Below are positions 46,322 through 56,772 of a stretch of DNA of 64,000 bases, in pieces. Origin of the DNA: Lysobacterales bacterium (GTDB lineage Bacteria; Pseudomonadota; Gammaproteobacteria; Xanthomonadales; SZUA-5); contig JALHMH010000015.1 of assembly GCA_022844165.1 (NCBI GenBank), positions 26,263 through 90,262 on the forward strand, written 5' to 3'. Below the pieces are notes generated by a model. It was given only the letters and a program-made list of their open reading frames with translations, did not search any database and was not told where the DNA came from. A program made the translations under genes and the position numbers. Position 1 is the stretch's first letter, and each line of letters opens with the position of its first letter.

Positions 46322-46993
46322 ATGTCCATCGCCCCCATCATCTGCATCGACGGACCCTCCGGCTCCGGCAAAGGCACCATCAGCCGCGCGGTGGCTCGCG
46401 CGCTCGGCTGGCATTTCCTCGACTCGGGCGCGCTTTACCGGGCGGTCGGCGTGGCGGCGCTGAGTGGCGGCTATCCACTGGACGATGAGCCCAGCCTGGC
46501 CAAACTCGCGTTGCACGCCGATATCGAGTTCGAAGACCGCATCGATCGCGAGCCGCACGTTTGGTTGGGCGACGATGATATTTCGGAGATGATTCGCACC
46601 GAGGAAGCCGGGCAGGCGGCCAGCAAGGTGGCTGCTTTGCCGGCTGTCAGGGCAGCTTTGCTGCAAAAGCAACGCAATTTTGCGCAGCCGCCGGGTCTGG
46701 TTGCCGATGGGCGTGATATGGGCACCGTGGTCTTTCCGCACGCCGAACTTAAAGTATTTCTGACCGCAAGCGCCGAAGAACGTGCCCGGCGTCGCCATAA
46801 ACAGTTGAGCGAAAAGGGAATCGAGGCTATTCTGCCCGCCCTTTTGCGCGAGATCGAAGAGCGCGACCTGCGTGATCGCACGCGAGCCGTCGCCCCGCTC
46901 GTTCCTGCCAACGATGCACGGATAATCGATTCGACGTCGCAGTCGATCGATGTCGTCGTCGCCACTGTGCTCGACTGGGCTCACGCGCTGTAG
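46322..46993 (+). CDS. cmk: Cytidylate kinase
   Basis: '[35 protein letters not shown]'. Confidence 0.95.
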   Translation: MSIAPIICIDGPSGSGKGTISRAVARALGWHFLDSGALYRAVGVAALSGGYPLDDEPSLAKLALHADIEFEDRIDREPHVWLGDDDISEMIRTEEAGQAASKVAALPAVRAALLQKQRNFAQPPGLVADGRDMGTVVFPHAELKVFLTASAEERARRRHKQLSEKGIEAILPALLREIEERDLRDRTRAVAPLVPANDARIIDSTSQSIDVVVATVLDWAHAL

Positions 46994-47127
46994 CGCTCGC
47001 CGGGTCTTTCGCCAAAGGGAACGGCCCGCAGGAATCGTCTTGCGGATATCAACTCAAAACCCACGCGGAGCAATCCGCAAAAGGTGGATCGCCGCGAACG
47101 CGGTGCATCCGAACTCTTGGACTCAAC

Positions 47128-48792
47128 ATGACTGAAAGTTTTGCCGAACTGTTTGAACAGAGCGAGCGATTGAGCAAGCTCAAGCCGGGCGCCATCGTGA
47201 CCGGTACCGTTGTCGAGATCCGCACAGACGTGGTGATCATCAACGCCGGTTTGAAATCCGAAGGCGTCGTGCCCATCGAGCAATTCCGCAATGAAGCGGG
47301 TGAGATCGATGTTGGCGTCGGCGATGAAGTGAAAGTAGCTCTCGATTCGCTTGAAAACGGTTTCGGCGAAACCGTGCTGTCCCGCGAAAAAGCCAAGCGC
47401 GCGATGGTGTGGGACGAACTCGAAGATGCCCAGTCAAAGGATCAAACGATCGTCGGCCGCATCAGTGGCAAGGTCAAAGGCGGCTTCACGGTCGACATCA
47501 AGGACATCCGCGCGTTCTTGCCGGGTTCCCTGGTCGATGTGCGCCCGGTCCGCGACCCGGTGTATCTGGAAGGCAAGGATCTCGAGTTCAAGATCATCAA
47601 GCTCGATCGCAAACGCAACAACGTCGTGGTCTCGCGTCGCGCCGTGGTCGAGAGCGAGTTCAGCGTCGAGCGCGAACAGCTGATGGAGAAGCTCAAGGAA
47701 GGCGCGGTGCTGAAGGGTGTGGTCAAGAACCTCACCGATTACGGCGCGTTCGTCGACCTGGGCGGCATCGATGGCTTGCTGCACATTACCGATATGGCGT
47801 GGAAGCGCGTGCGTCATCCCTCTGAAGTGGTCAACGTTGGCGACGAAATCGATGTGCGCGTGCTGCGCTTCGATCGCGAACGCAATCGCGTCTCGCTGGG
47901 TCTTAAGCAATTGGGTGATGATCCGTGGGTCAATATTTCCCGCCGTTATCCGCAGAGCACGCGTCTGTTCGGCAAAGTCTCCAACGTCACCGAATACGGT
48001 GCATTTGTCGAACTTGAGCCGGGCGTCGAAGGGCTGGTTCACGTTTCGGAAATGGATTGGACCAACAAGAACGTCAACCCGGCCAAGATTGTTTCTATCG
48101 GCGACGAAACCGAAGTGATGGTGCTCGATATCGATGAAGAGCGTCGCCGTATTTCGCTCGGCATGAAGCAGTGCACAAGCAATCCGTGGGAGGCGTTCGC
48201 AGGCAACTTCAAGAAGAACGATCGCGTCATCGGCACGATCAAATCGATCACGGATTTCGGCATTTTCGTTGGCTTGGAAGGCGGTATCGACGGTCTTGTT
48301 CACTTGTCGGATATTTCCTGGCAAGGCACCGGCGAGGATCTCGTCCGTAACTTCAAGAAGGGCGAAGAAATCAGTGCGGTCGTGCTGGCCGTCGATCCGG
48401 AGCGTGAGCGCATCTCGCTGGGGATCAAGCAGATGGAGCAAGATCCGTTCGGCAGCTTCATGGCCGCCAATCCGAAGGGCAGCATCGTCCATGGTGTGGT
48501 TCGCGAAGTCGATGCGCGCGGCGTGACGGTCGATCTGGCGGATGGCATTGAGGGCTATCTGCGTGCTGCGGATATCGCCAAGGAACGTGTCGACGATGCC
48601 ACCGTGCATTTCCGTGCAGGCGACAAGATCGAAGCTAAGTTCACGGGTCTCGATCGCCGCGGTCGCATCCTGCAATTGTCGATTCGCGCCAAGGAAGACG
48701 ATGAGTTGGCCGAAGCGCTTGAGGAATACCAGAGCACAGCGGCGGGCGTGACGAAGCTTGGCTCGCTCTTCAAAGAGCAATTGAATCGTTGA
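47128..48792 (+). CDS. rpsA: 30S ribosomal protein S1
   Basis: '[12 protein letters not shown]' followed by six S1 repeats ('GFTVDI', '[20 protein letters not shown]', and so on). Confidence 0.97.
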   Translation: MTESFAELFEQSERLSKLKPGAIVTGTVVEIRTDVVIINAGLKSEGVVPIEQFRNEAGEIDVGVGDEVKVALDSLENGFGETVLSREKAKRAMVWDELEDAQSKDQTIVGRISGKVKGGFTVDIKDIRAFLPGSLVDVRPVRDPVYLEGKDLEFKIIKLDRKRNNVVVSRRAVVESEFSVEREQLMEKLKEGAVLKGVVKNLTDYGAFVDLGGIDGLLHITDMAWKRVRHPSEVVNVGDEIDVRVLRFDRERNRVSLGLKQLGDDPWVNISRRYPQSTRLFGKVSNVTEYGAFVELEPGVEGLVHVSEMDWTNKNVNPAKIVSIGDETEVMVLDIDEERRRISLGMKQCTSNPWEAFAGNFKKNDRVIGTIKSITDFGIFVGLEGGIDGLVHLSDISWQGTGEDLVRNFKKGEEISAVVLAVDPERERISLGIKQMEQDPFGSFMAANPKGSIVHGVVREVDARGVTVDLADGIEGYLRAADIAKERVDDATVHFRAGDKIEAKFTGLDRRGRILQLSIRAKEDDELAEALEEYQSTAAGVTKLGSLFKEQLNR

Positions 48793-48804
48793 GGTTGCTC
48801 TGGT

Positions 48805-48837
48805 GTGCAACACCCCGGTATGTTCGGGGTGTTGCAC
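48805..48837 (+). terminator. Perfect 13-bp hairpin between rpsA and ihfB (attenuator/terminator candidate)
   Basis: GTGCAACACCCCG (48805-48817) pairs with CGGGGTGTTGCAC (48825-48837) around a 7-nt loop. There is no U-tract. Confidence 0.45.
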
Positions 48838-48879
48838 CACGCTAAGCTTGCGAAGTCTGCACCTGCACTGGAGTTCGAC

Positions 48880-49188
48880 GTGACCAAGTCGGAATTGATT
48901 CTTGCGTTATCTTCCCGGCAGGCGCATCTGGCCCAACCAGATGTGGAACTCGCTGTGAAATCCGTCATCGATCAAATGGCGGATGCTCTCGCGGGCGGGG
49001 AGCGCATAGAGGTTCGGGGTTTTGGTAGTTTTTCGCTACATTTTCGGCCACCGCGCATGGGTCGAAACCCGAAGACCGGGGACGTTGTCGCGCTCGACGG
49101 CAAGTATGTGCCGCACTTTAAGCCTGGAAAAGAACTCCGCGAGAGAGTGAACGCGAGCGCCAAATCGGGCGTGCCGATCATCGGATGA
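48880..49188 (+). CDS. ihfB: Integration host factor subunit beta
   Basis: 'TKSELI...[26 protein letters not shown]'. The GTG start at 48880 follows a GGAG. Confidence 0.93.
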   Translation: MTKSELILALSSRQAHLAQPDVELAVKSVIDQMADALAGGERIEVRGFGSFSLHFRPPRMGRNPKTGDVVALDGKYVPHFKPGKELRERVNASAKSGVPIIG

Positions 49189-49436
49189 TGTGGCGCATCG
49201 TTTCCAAGATTGTGGTTTTGTCCGCGCTGCTGATTGTGTTGGTGTTTGCCGCCTTGAACTCGACGATGGTCGAAATCAATGTGCTCGCTCAAGCCGTCTC
49301 CGTGCCGTTGGGTGTTGGATTGGTGGCTTTCTTCGCCATGGGCAGCCTGGCCGGAGCACTCGGCCTTTATCTTGCGGTCGTATTGCGTCTTAAGCGAGAT
49401 CTGAAACGGGCGCAGAAGGCGAGGGGTCCGGTGTGA
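49185..49436 (+). CDS. lapA: Lipopolysaccharide assembly protein LapA (DUF1049)
   Basis: Small two-TM protein directly upstream of lapB, overlapping the ihfB stop. Confidence 0.72.
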   Translation: MMWRIVSKIVVLSALLIVLVFAALNSTMVEINVLAQAVSVPLGVGLVAFFAMGSLAGALGLYLAVVLRLKRDLKRAQKARGPV

Positions 49437-49491
49437 GTTCGCCCGTACGTTTGCGGCTCCTGGAGCAACCATTTGCTCGCGACCTCATGAA

Positions 49492-50661
49492 ATGCCCGGG
49501 CTAGAACTCTTCTGGTTGTTGCTCCCACTCGCGGCCTATTCCGGGTATTTGACGGGTCGGCGAGGTAGCGAGCGAAGCAGCGGTGCACGGTTCTCCGAGC
49601 TCTCGCAAACCTATTTCAGTGGTCTTAACTACCTGTTGAACGAGCAGCCAGACAAGGCGCTCGAAGTCTTCTTGAAGATCGCGGAGATGGACAGCGATAC
49701 CTTCGAGACACAATTGGCACTGGGCAACTTGTTTCGCCGTCGTGGCGAAACAGACCGAGCGATTCGCCTTCATCAAGACCTGTACAGTCGTCCGAAATTG
49801 TCTTCGGAGCAGCGCTCGATCGCTCTCCAGGAGCTGGGGGAAGATTACATGCGAGCGGGTCTGTTAGATCGCGCAGAAGCGCTCTACACCGATCTGCTGA
49901 ACGTCGGCTCGCAGGAACCCGCAGCGTTAAAGCATCTGATCGCAATCTATCAACAAGAACGCGATTGGACGCGCGCTATTGAGATGGCGGTACGCCTCGA
50001 TCAGCTCAAAGGCGGCGGTGCTCCACTGATTGCCCAGTTCTACTGCGAGCTGGCTGAGCAGGCCCGCACCCAGGGTGCATTCGACGAAGCCCGGAGTACT
50101 GCACAGCGCGCGCTCCGTACTGATTCCAAGTGTGTGCGCGCGAGAATTTTGCTGGGTCGCATTGAGCGCAATCTCGATAGGATGGACCTTGCCATCGAAC
50201 ATTTCGAGGCCGCCGTCGAGGTTGATCCGGATTTTCTTCCGGAGGTGCTGCCGGAACTTCTGGACGCTTATGAGGCCCAAAGCGCTTGCCACCAGGCGCG
50301 GGATTTTCTCGACCGCATGCTGGTTCGCGATCGCGGCGTCAGTGCCATGCTGGCGCGCAGTGAGATGATCGAACGGACTCAATCGCGTAGTGATGCGATT
50401 ACGTTCCTGGCAGATCGGTTGCACCAGCGCCCCAGCGTTCGCGGTGTGCTGAAGGTGATCGATTTGTCGTTCGCCGGCGAACTCGGTCAGCGCGCCGAAG
50501 CTGTGGGCCTTGTGCGCGAATTGTTGCACCGTTTGCTCGACCGCAAGCCTGGCTATCGTTGCAGCCGATGCGGGTTCTCGCCGCGGGCGTTGCACTGGCA
50601 ATGCCCGAGTTGCAAGAGCTGGGGCAGCATCAAACCTGTGCCGGGTGTGGCGGGCGAGTAG
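49492..50661 (+). CDS. lapB: Lipopolysaccharide assembly protein LapB (YciM): TPR plus rubredoxin-type metal site
   Basis: N-terminal TM segment, TPR repeats and C-terminal 'YRCSRCGFSPRALHWQCPSCKSWGS'. Confidence 0.9.
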   Translation: MPGLELFWLLLPLAAYSGYLTGRRGSERSSGARFSELSQTYFSGLNYLLNEQPDKALEVFLKIAEMDSDTFETQLALGNLFRRRGETDRAIRLHQDLYSRPKLSSEQRSIALQELGEDYMRAGLLDRAEALYTDLLNVGSQEPAALKHLIAIYQQERDWTRAIEMAVRLDQLKGGGAPLIAQFYCELAEQARTQGAFDEARSTAQRALRTDSKCVRARILLGRIERNLDRMDLAIEHFEAAVEVDPDFLPEVLPELLDAYEAQSACHQARDFLDRMLVRDRGVSAMLARSEMIERTQSRSDAITFLADRLHQRPSVRGVLKVIDLSFAGELGQRAEAVGLVRELLHRLLDRKPGYRCSRCGFSPRALHWQCPSCKSWGSIKPVPGVAGE

Positions 50662-50681
50662 CCTCTGCTGAGTGGAATCGG

Positions 50682-51686
50682 ATGGCGCCCATATTGACCT
50701 TCGCACTGTGCGCTGTCGCAAGTGCAATCCTGACACGGCTCGCAATCGCCTACGCGCATCTGTCTTCGATGCACGATCATCCAGGTGCGCGGCGCATGCA
50801 TACGGCGCCGATTGCCCGCGGAGCGGGGATCGGTTTTGTTGCGACCATCGTTGCGCTGCTTGGCGGGTTTGCTGCGGTGCTCGGGAACTCGCCGCATGGT
50901 CGCTGGACCTTGTCTTTGTGTGTGGCGTTGGCGCTCGTTGCGACAGTGAGCTGGATCGACGACAAACGCGGTCTGCCAGCGCTGCCGCGACTTCTCGCGC
51001 ACTTCGTCGCTGCAACGCTGATCGTTGTCAATTCGGCGTTGCCTGTTTTCCTTTGGCCGTTGACGATTCTCGTCATCGTTGCGACGGTCAACTTCTGGAA
51101 TTTCATAGACGGCATCAACGGCATGGCGGCATTGCAATTCGTGCTGCTGTCGCTGGTTGTCGCGGCGCTTCTATTTGGACAGAGCAGTTATCTGGCGGCG
51201 CTCTTTGCTGCCGGATTCGCTGGTGCCGTTGCTGGCTTTCTGCCGAGTAATTTCCCCAGAGCGAGGGCCTTCATGGGGGATGTTGGCAGCACATGCCTGG
51301 GCTTGCTGGCGCTGGCGCCGGCGTTGTTGCCGCCGGGCGAGGGCATTCACCCTGCATCCGTTCTGGCGCTCGCATCGGCGGTACTTGTTGATCCCGGTCT
51401 GACGCTGCTCTGGAGAATCAGGCGGCGACGAAGACGCTTTTGGTACACTGCTCACCGCGAACATTTGTATCAGTGGATGACACGCGCCGGCATGAGCCAT
51501 ACACAAACGACTTTGTCATATGGTGCCTGGACGCTGGGGCCAGCGGCCTTGGCTGCGTGGCAAATCCAGACGGCGCCTGATCAAGCTTGGCAATGGTTGT
51601 GCGGATTGTATTTGTTTGGGGCGGCGGTCTGGATGGCGCTGCGGCCGCGGATGCTGAGTCAATTTCGAATGCGGAGAATCGGATGA
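50682..51686 (+). CDS. Polyprenyl-phosphate N-acetylhexosamine-1-phosphate transferase (GT4, WbpL/WecA/MraY family)
   Basis: Polytopic protein with 'NFWNFIDGINGMA' (the family's NxxNxxDGxDG motif). The start is at ATG 50682. Confidence 0.82.
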   Translation: MAPILTFALCAVASAILTRLAIAYAHLSSMHDHPGARRMHTAPIARGAGIGFVATIVALLGGFAAVLGNSPHGRWTLSLCVALALVATVSWIDDKRGLPALPRLLAHFVAATLIVVNSALPVFLWPLTILVIVATVNFWNFIDGINGMAALQFVLLSLVVAALLFGQSSYLAALFAAGFAGAVAGFLPSNFPRARAFMGDVGSTCLGLLALAPALLPPGEGIHPASVLALASAVLVDPGLTLLWRIRRRRRRFWYTAHREHLYQWMTRAGMSHTQTTLSYGAWTLGPAALAAWQIQTAPDQAWQWLCGLYLFGAAVWMALRPRMLSQFRMRRIG

Positions 51687-53575
51687 GTCGTGCCGTGCGG
51701 GCATTCGTGGCATTGATTCATCCGCGAGCCGCGGTTGTGCTCCACGATTTGGCGATGATTTTCCTCGCCTGGTGGATCGCCAAGTCGGTCCGCCTGAGCT
51801 TTGAGCCGGATACGCAGCTGACCGCTATTGCGTTTAACGAAGTGCTGATGGTGCTCGCAATTCAGGGCGGGATTTTCTGGACGACCGGTTTGTACAAGGG
51901 GCTTTGGCGCTTTGCGAGCCTGCCGGATCTGTGGAATATCGTACGCGGTGCAATGCTGGGCGCGTTGTCCATTGCTTTGGCACTATTTCTCTATGACCGG
52001 CTCGCCAACGTACCGCGCAGCGTCCTCATCATCTACCCTGCGCTGCTGACCGCGCTTCTGGGCATCCCGCGGCTGACCTATCGATTTTGGAAGGATTCGC
52101 GCCTCGACTTCTACGAACGCACCACGCGCCATCGTGTGCTCGTTCTGGGCGCCGAGCGCGCCGGTGAGATGTTGGTTAGAGATTTGCGCGCTGGAGGCCA
52201 CTATTTGCCGGTCGGCTTTCTGGACGACAATCGAATGTTGCGAGGTGCGCGTGTGCACGGAATTCCCGTGCTCGGCACGATTCATGAATTGAGCGATATT
52301 GCCCGCGAGGCTGCCTGCGACATGTTGCTCATCGCCATGCCAAACGCAACAAGTGCGGAAATGCGCCGTGTGGTCGAACTCTGTGAGGAGACCGGTTTAC
52401 CGTTTCGCACAGTGCCGAGATTGCAAGATGTTGTCGCTGGTCGTTCGGCGTTCAACGAGCTCAAAGAGGTTGCCATCGAGGACTTGTTAGGTCGAGAGCC
52501 GGTACAACTCGATTGGACCGCCATTCGCCAGGCACTGTCGGGCAAACGGGTTTTGGTGAGCGGCGGCGGTGGTTCGGTTGGCGCCGAATTGTGCCGGCAA
52601 ATCGCTCGCCTGGGCGCATCGGCGCTTGGGATATTGGAGCAGAGTGAGTACAACCTATATCAAATCGAACGCCAGCTTCGGCGCGAATTTCCTGATTTGG
52701 AGCTGTTTCCGGCACTCGGAGACGTGTGCGACCCCGCAACTTGCCGCTATGTGCTTGAGCAGGTCAAGCCGGAAATCGCTTTTCATGCAGCTGCGTATAA
52801 ACATGTGCCGCTGCTGCAAGCGCAGGTGCGCGAGGCGTTCCGCAACAACGTGCTCGGTACGCGCACGTTGGCATTGGCGGCGGACGAGGCGGGTGTGGAG
52901 ACCTTCGTCCTGATCTCGTCCGACAAAGCAGTCAATCCTGCTAACGTGATGGGCGCAACCAAGCGCATGGCTGAGATCTTTTGCCAGAACCTCGCCAAGC
53001 GATCGCGAACGCGGTTTATGACCGTGCGGTTCGGCAACGTACTGGACTCTGCCGGTAGCGTTGTTCCGTTGTTTCGCGAACAGATTCGGCAAGGCGGTCC
53101 GGTCACCGTCACTCATCCGGAGATCACGCGTTACTTCATGACCATTCCCGAGGCTTGTCAGCTGATTCTCCAGGCCGCGACGTTAGGGCAGGGCGGGGAG
53201 ATTTTTGCGCTCGATATGGGCGAGCCTATTCAAATCCGATACCTGGCTGAGCAGATGATCCGGCTTGCCGGCAAACTGCCTGGTCAGGACATCCAGATCG
53301 TCTATACCGGTCTTCGCGAAGGGGAGAAACTCTTCGAAGAGCTGTTCCATGAGCACGAAAGTTACCAGCAGACGCGACACCAGAAGATCTTCCTGGCACA
53401 GCATCGGGCCGTTAACTTCGATGAGCTAAGTCAGGCGCTGTTGCAAGGCGAGGCGGCCTGCAAGCGTTACGGTAGCGAGGAGTTGCGCGACATTCTTGCC
53501 AGATTTGTCCCTGAATTCGCGTCGCGCGGTGTAGCGGAAGATGAAAGCAATGTTGTTGCATTGCGGCGCGCTTAG
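51683..53575 (+). CDS. Membrane-anchored nucleotide-sugar 4,6-dehydratase/epimerase (WbpM/CapD/PglF family)
   Basis: N-terminal TM helices, 'VLVSGGGGSVGAEL' Rossmann motif and 'AAAYKHVPL' (YxxxK). The ATG overlaps the upstream stop. Confidence 0.88.
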   Translation: MSRAVRAFVALIHPRAAVVLHDLAMIFLAWWIAKSVRLSFEPDTQLTAIAFNEVLMVLAIQGGIFWTTGLYKGLWRFASLPDLWNIVRGAMLGALSIALALFLYDRLANVPRSVLIIYPALLTALLGIPRLTYRFWKDSRLDFYERTTRHRVLVLGAERAGEMLVRDLRAGGHYLPVGFLDDNRMLRGARVHGIPVLGTIHELSDIAREAACDMLLIAMPNATSAEMRRVVELCEETGLPFRTVPRLQDVVAGRSAFNELKEVAIEDLLGREPVQLDWTAIRQALSGKRVLVSGGGGSVGAELCRQIARLGASALGILEQSEYNLYQIERQLRREFPDLELFPALGDVCDPATCRYVLEQVKPEIAFHAAAYKHVPLLQAQVREAFRNNVLGTRTLALAADEAGVETFVLISSDKAVNPANVMGATKRMAEIFCQNLAKRSRTRFMTVRFGNVLDSAGSVVPLFREQIRQGGPVTVTHPEITRYFMTIPEACQLILQAATLGQGGEIFALDMGEPIQIRYLAEQMIRLAGKLPGQDIQIVYTGLREGEKLFEELFHEHESYQQTRHQKIFLAQHRAVNFDELSQALLQGEAACKRYGSEELRDILARFVPEFASRGVAEDESNVVALRRA

Positions 53576-53585
53576 CCCGCGGACT

Positions 53586-54371
53586 TCAAGTGTTCAGCCG
53601 TGCCTTCTCAGGTTTACGGTAAAGCAATGAACGAAGCAGCCCGTCGTTCTCGAACGGTTTCCATTCGCCCTCCGGTTGTGCAAGGCGGTCGGCAATCGCC
53701 CAGAGCGCAATCGGATTGGCGCCCATACCGAAGTGTGTGGCTGGAATCTCGATATTTTCGCTGTGCGGTTCGTTCGGTGCGAGACTGACTTGCCAGGAGA
53801 CGATGCCGTCGGCCTTGCTCAAGATGGACGTATTCGGCATCGGCGGCATGCGTCCTGCGAGCTCGTGAAGCTCCGGATCATCCGCGCTCCAGCCGCTGAC
53901 GGCTTCAAACAACCGCCATGCATTGGTTGCTTTTGGGTACGGCTGTATCGGAGAGCCCAGTGTAATCACAGTACGCACGATGTCTGGCAATTCGGTTGCA
54001 AGCGCGCGTGCCATTGCGCCGCCCAGCGACCACCCGATCAGGCTGACGCGTTGACCATGGTCACGATTCAGCTTGACGATCTTGTCGATCAGTTTGGGAA
54101 CGGTGGCGCCGCGCGGACCAAAATTCAATCCCAGGTCCCACGGTTGTGAGGCATAACCGAGTTGCTCCAGAAAGCGCCGTAATGGCCATGTGCTTGCGTC
54201 GCCAGCGACCAACCCGGGCAGGACAAGCACTGGGTGGCCGTCGCCCGCCGGCGCCCGCTTTAGCCATGGCCAGGCGAGCAGCAGTGAAGCCCACTCGAAC
54301 GTTGCGCGCGCCTCAAGTGCCATCAGCAGCAAGGAGGGTGCCTGCGGTGCGTTGTTGGCCTCGAGTTTCAA
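53586..54371 (-). CDS. Alpha/beta-fold hydrolase
   Basis: 'VLVLPGL' and the 'LIGWSLGG' nucleophile elbow (GxSxG). It overlaps the WS/DGAT stop by 4 nt. Confidence 0.7.
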   Translation of the reverse strand: MKLEANNAPQAPSLLLMALEARATFEWASLLLAWPWLKRAPAGDGHPVLVLPGLVAGDASTWPLRRFLEQLGYASQPWDLGLNFGPRGATVPKLIDKIVKLNRDHGQRVSLIGWSLGGAMARALATELPDIVRTVITLGSPIQPYPKATNAWRLFEAVSGWSADDPELHELAGRMPPMPNTSILSKADGIVSWQVSLAPNEPHSENIEIPATHFGMGANPIALWAIADRLAQPEGEWKPFENDGLLRSLLYRKPEKARLNT

Positions 54372-55774
54372 GCTGGAGCCCTTTTGATCAGGGTCGCCAG
54401 GGCCTTGTTCATGCCAGTGGCGATGGCTTCGGGTTTAGGCACGACATCGCGTGCAGCGATGATGCCAAAGTCCATCCAGGCGCCATAACTATGTACCGTA
54501 ATATTGAGCGCCAGGCCATGCGTGACGATCGATACCGGATAGTAGTGCAGCAGTTTTGCGCCGGCCAGAAACAGATCGATCGGTGGACCAGGGACATTGG
54601 AAACCACGAGATTCGCGAGCGGTGGCAAGCGCTCAGCAACCTTGCCTCGAGCCCAGAGGCGCGACAAGCCGGAGGCCCAGATCGGTGCCGCAAGGCCCGG
54701 AAAATCGGTAGGGATGAGATCCTTGAATGCCGCGACCTGATTCTTGATTTGAAGGGTGGCCGTGTGTATCGCACGCAGCCGATCAACGGGATCACTCAAC
54801 TGGGTAGGCAGTGGGCATTGAACCATCGACACCTGATTGTTGGCTTCGGTGTCGCCACTGCTCCGAAGCGACACCGGCATCGCAACCACCAGTGGATCGC
54901 CGGGCAGTTCGTCTCGTCGTTTCAGATAGTCGCGTAACGCGCTCGCGACCAGCGCAAGCACCACATCGTTCGCGCTCACGGCGAAAGCGCGCGCCACTTT
55001 CTTGATATCGGCCAGCGGCAGGCTGCACACGCCAAAGCTACGTTGACCACCAATCTGTGCATTGAACGGCGTACGTGGCGCCAGCAGGAGAGCGTCTTTG
55101 GCGCGTCCGATCAGGGCGCCAGCATCGCTCAACGCTTGTCCTGCGAGTTTGAGTGTCGAAGGCACTGCGCGCAGCAACTTGGAAAACTGATTGACGGTGG
55201 CACGAAATGCCGTACTCGTAATCTCGCTTTGCCGCACAGCGGGATCTGGCGCCATCGCCGAGGCGCGTCGCTTCCTGGGTACCCGCGCTTCGAGATCGAG
55301 AACCGCCTGTGCCAGTGCCTGGCCCCCCTGACCATCCAGCAGCGCATGATGTACTTTGGAGTACAGGGCCAATTCACCGCTGGCCAGTCCCTCCAGGACC
55401 ACGAATCGCCACAAAGGACGATCGCGCGGCAGCGGATCGGCATGCAAGTCAGCAACCCTGCGCAATAGTTGCGAGAAGGTGCCGGGACGCGGCAGTCGTT
55501 CGTGGCGTATGTGCTCTTTGAGATCGATCTGTGCGACTTCGCCCCACATCGGGTGCGCCAGATCGAGCGGCGCATCGATGAGTTGCCGTTTCAAAGCGCG
55601 CGTCTTGGGCAGGCGCTCTGCAATCAAATCGGTCAGTGACGCGTGAAATTCATAACCGCGCCGTTTCGGCGGCGAGAGCAGCATGAGACTGCCGATGTGC
55701 ATCGGCGTTCCCGCAGCTTCCAGGTACAAGAATCCGGCATCGAGTCCACTCAGTGGCTTCAAACGCACGCGCAC
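54368..55774 (-). CDS. Wax ester synthase / diacylglycerol acyltransferase (WS/DGAT)
   Basis: 'HHALLDGQGG' (HHxxxDG active site) and N-terminal 'LSGLDAGFLYLE...PMHIGSL'. Confidence 0.88.
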   Translation of the reverse strand: MRVRLKPLSGLDAGFLYLEAAGTPMHIGSLMLLSPPKRRGYEFHASLTDLIAERLPKTRALKRQLIDAPLDLAHPMWGEVAQIDLKEHIRHERLPRPGTFSQLLRRVADLHADPLPRDRPLWRFVVLEGLASGELALYSKVHHALLDGQGGQALAQAVLDLEARVPRKRRASAMAPDPAVRQSEITSTAFRATVNQFSKLLRAVPSTLKLAGQALSDAGALIGRAKDALLLAPRTPFNAQIGGQRSFGVCSLPLADIKKVARAFAVSANDVVLALVASALRDYLKRRDELPGDPLVVAMPVSLRSSGDTEANNQVSMVQCPLPTQLSDPVDRLRAIHTATLQIKNQVAAFKDLIPTDFPGLAAPIWASGLSRLWARGKVAERLPPLANLVVSNVPGPPIDLFLAGAKLLHYYPVSIVTHGLALNITVHSYGAWMDFGIIAARDVVPKPEAIATGMNKALATLIKRAPA

Positions 55775-55828
55775 TCTTCCCGCAATCGATGTGCGCGCAG
55801 CATAGGGGAAATTTCGCGCAAAGATCGA

Positions 55829-56173
55829 TCAGGATTCGTTCTTGGCCTTCTCTGATTCGACCGCCGAGCCGGGTTCATAGTCACCCTCTGTACGAACCAG
55901 TACGCCATCCTCAAAAACGACGGTAATACGCTTCAACTCAACGTTGCCGTCCTGGTCCCTAAAGCTCGACACATAGTCCCAACGATCGTCGCGAAACGCT
56001 CCTTGCAACGCCGGAGATCCCAGAACCAGCGTGACCTGACGCTTGGTCATGCCAGGCTTGATGGCATCGATTTGCTCAGGTTCAAGCACGTTGCCTTGTT
56101 GCACCGGCTGTTTGTAAAGCAAACCGCAGCCACTCAACGCAACGATTGCAAGCGCCAAAACTGAAATCCGCAT
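55829..56173 (-). CDS. bamE: Outer membrane protein assembly factor BamE (SmpA/OmlA)
   Basis: Lipobox 'LALAIVALSGC', then 'QQGNVLEPEQIDAIKPGMTKRQVTLVLGSP'. It is divergent from fur, as in many gammaproteobacteria. Confidence 0.85.
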   Translation of the reverse strand: MRISVLALAIVALSGCGLLYKQPVQQGNVLEPEQIDAIKPGMTKRQVTLVLGSPALQGAFRDDRWDYVSSFRDQDGNVELKRITVVFEDGVLVRTEGDYEPGSAVESEKAKNES

Positions 56174-56246
56174 GTATGTCACCCGCCCTTGAGGAATGCG
56201 GTGGATAATACCGCGCAACGATGGCCACCCCGTTAATGAGGATTGC

Positions 56247-56684
56247 ATGCCGAATCGAAGCGAACGCGCCGAAACCCAGGACCTGCGCAAAGTAGGTCTA
56301 AAAGTCACGCACCCGCGCATGCGCATCCTTGACATCCTGGGCAACGCACAGAAGAAGCACATGACCGCCGAGGACGTATATCGCCTCTTGATCGAACAAG
56401 GCGACGATATTGGTCTGGCGACGGTGTACCGCGTATTGAACCAGTTCGAAACTGCGGGAATCGTTGTGCGCCATCACTTCGAGGGTGGTCAATCGGTGTA
56501 CGAACTGGACCAGGATGGCCATCACGATCACATGGTTTGCGTTGCGACCGGCAAAGTCATCGAATTCCAGAATGCCGAAATCGAACGGTTACAACGCGAG
56601 ATTGCCGAAGCGCACGGATATGACCTGGAGGACCACAGCCTGGTTCTCTATGTTCGCCCAAAAAAGGTCGGTAAGGGGCGCTGA
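56247..56684 (+). CDS. fur: Ferric uptake regulator
   Basis: 'LRKVGLKVTHPRMRIL', 'ATVYRVLNQFETAGIV' and 'HHDHMVC'. Confidence 0.93.
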   Translation: MPNRSERAETQDLRKVGLKVTHPRMRILDILGNAQKKHMTAEDVYRLLIEQGDDIGLATVYRVLNQFETAGIVVRHHFEGGQSVYELDQDGHHDHMVCVATGKVIEFQNAEIERLQREIAEAHGYDLEDHSLVLYVRPKKVGKGR

Positions 56685-56772
56685 ACAGGAATCATCGAAT
56701 TCGGCGGTTTCACCGACGGCTCAGGTTGAACATGCGAGAACTTGTCACGACGCTCACCTTGGAGGAGTCGCG

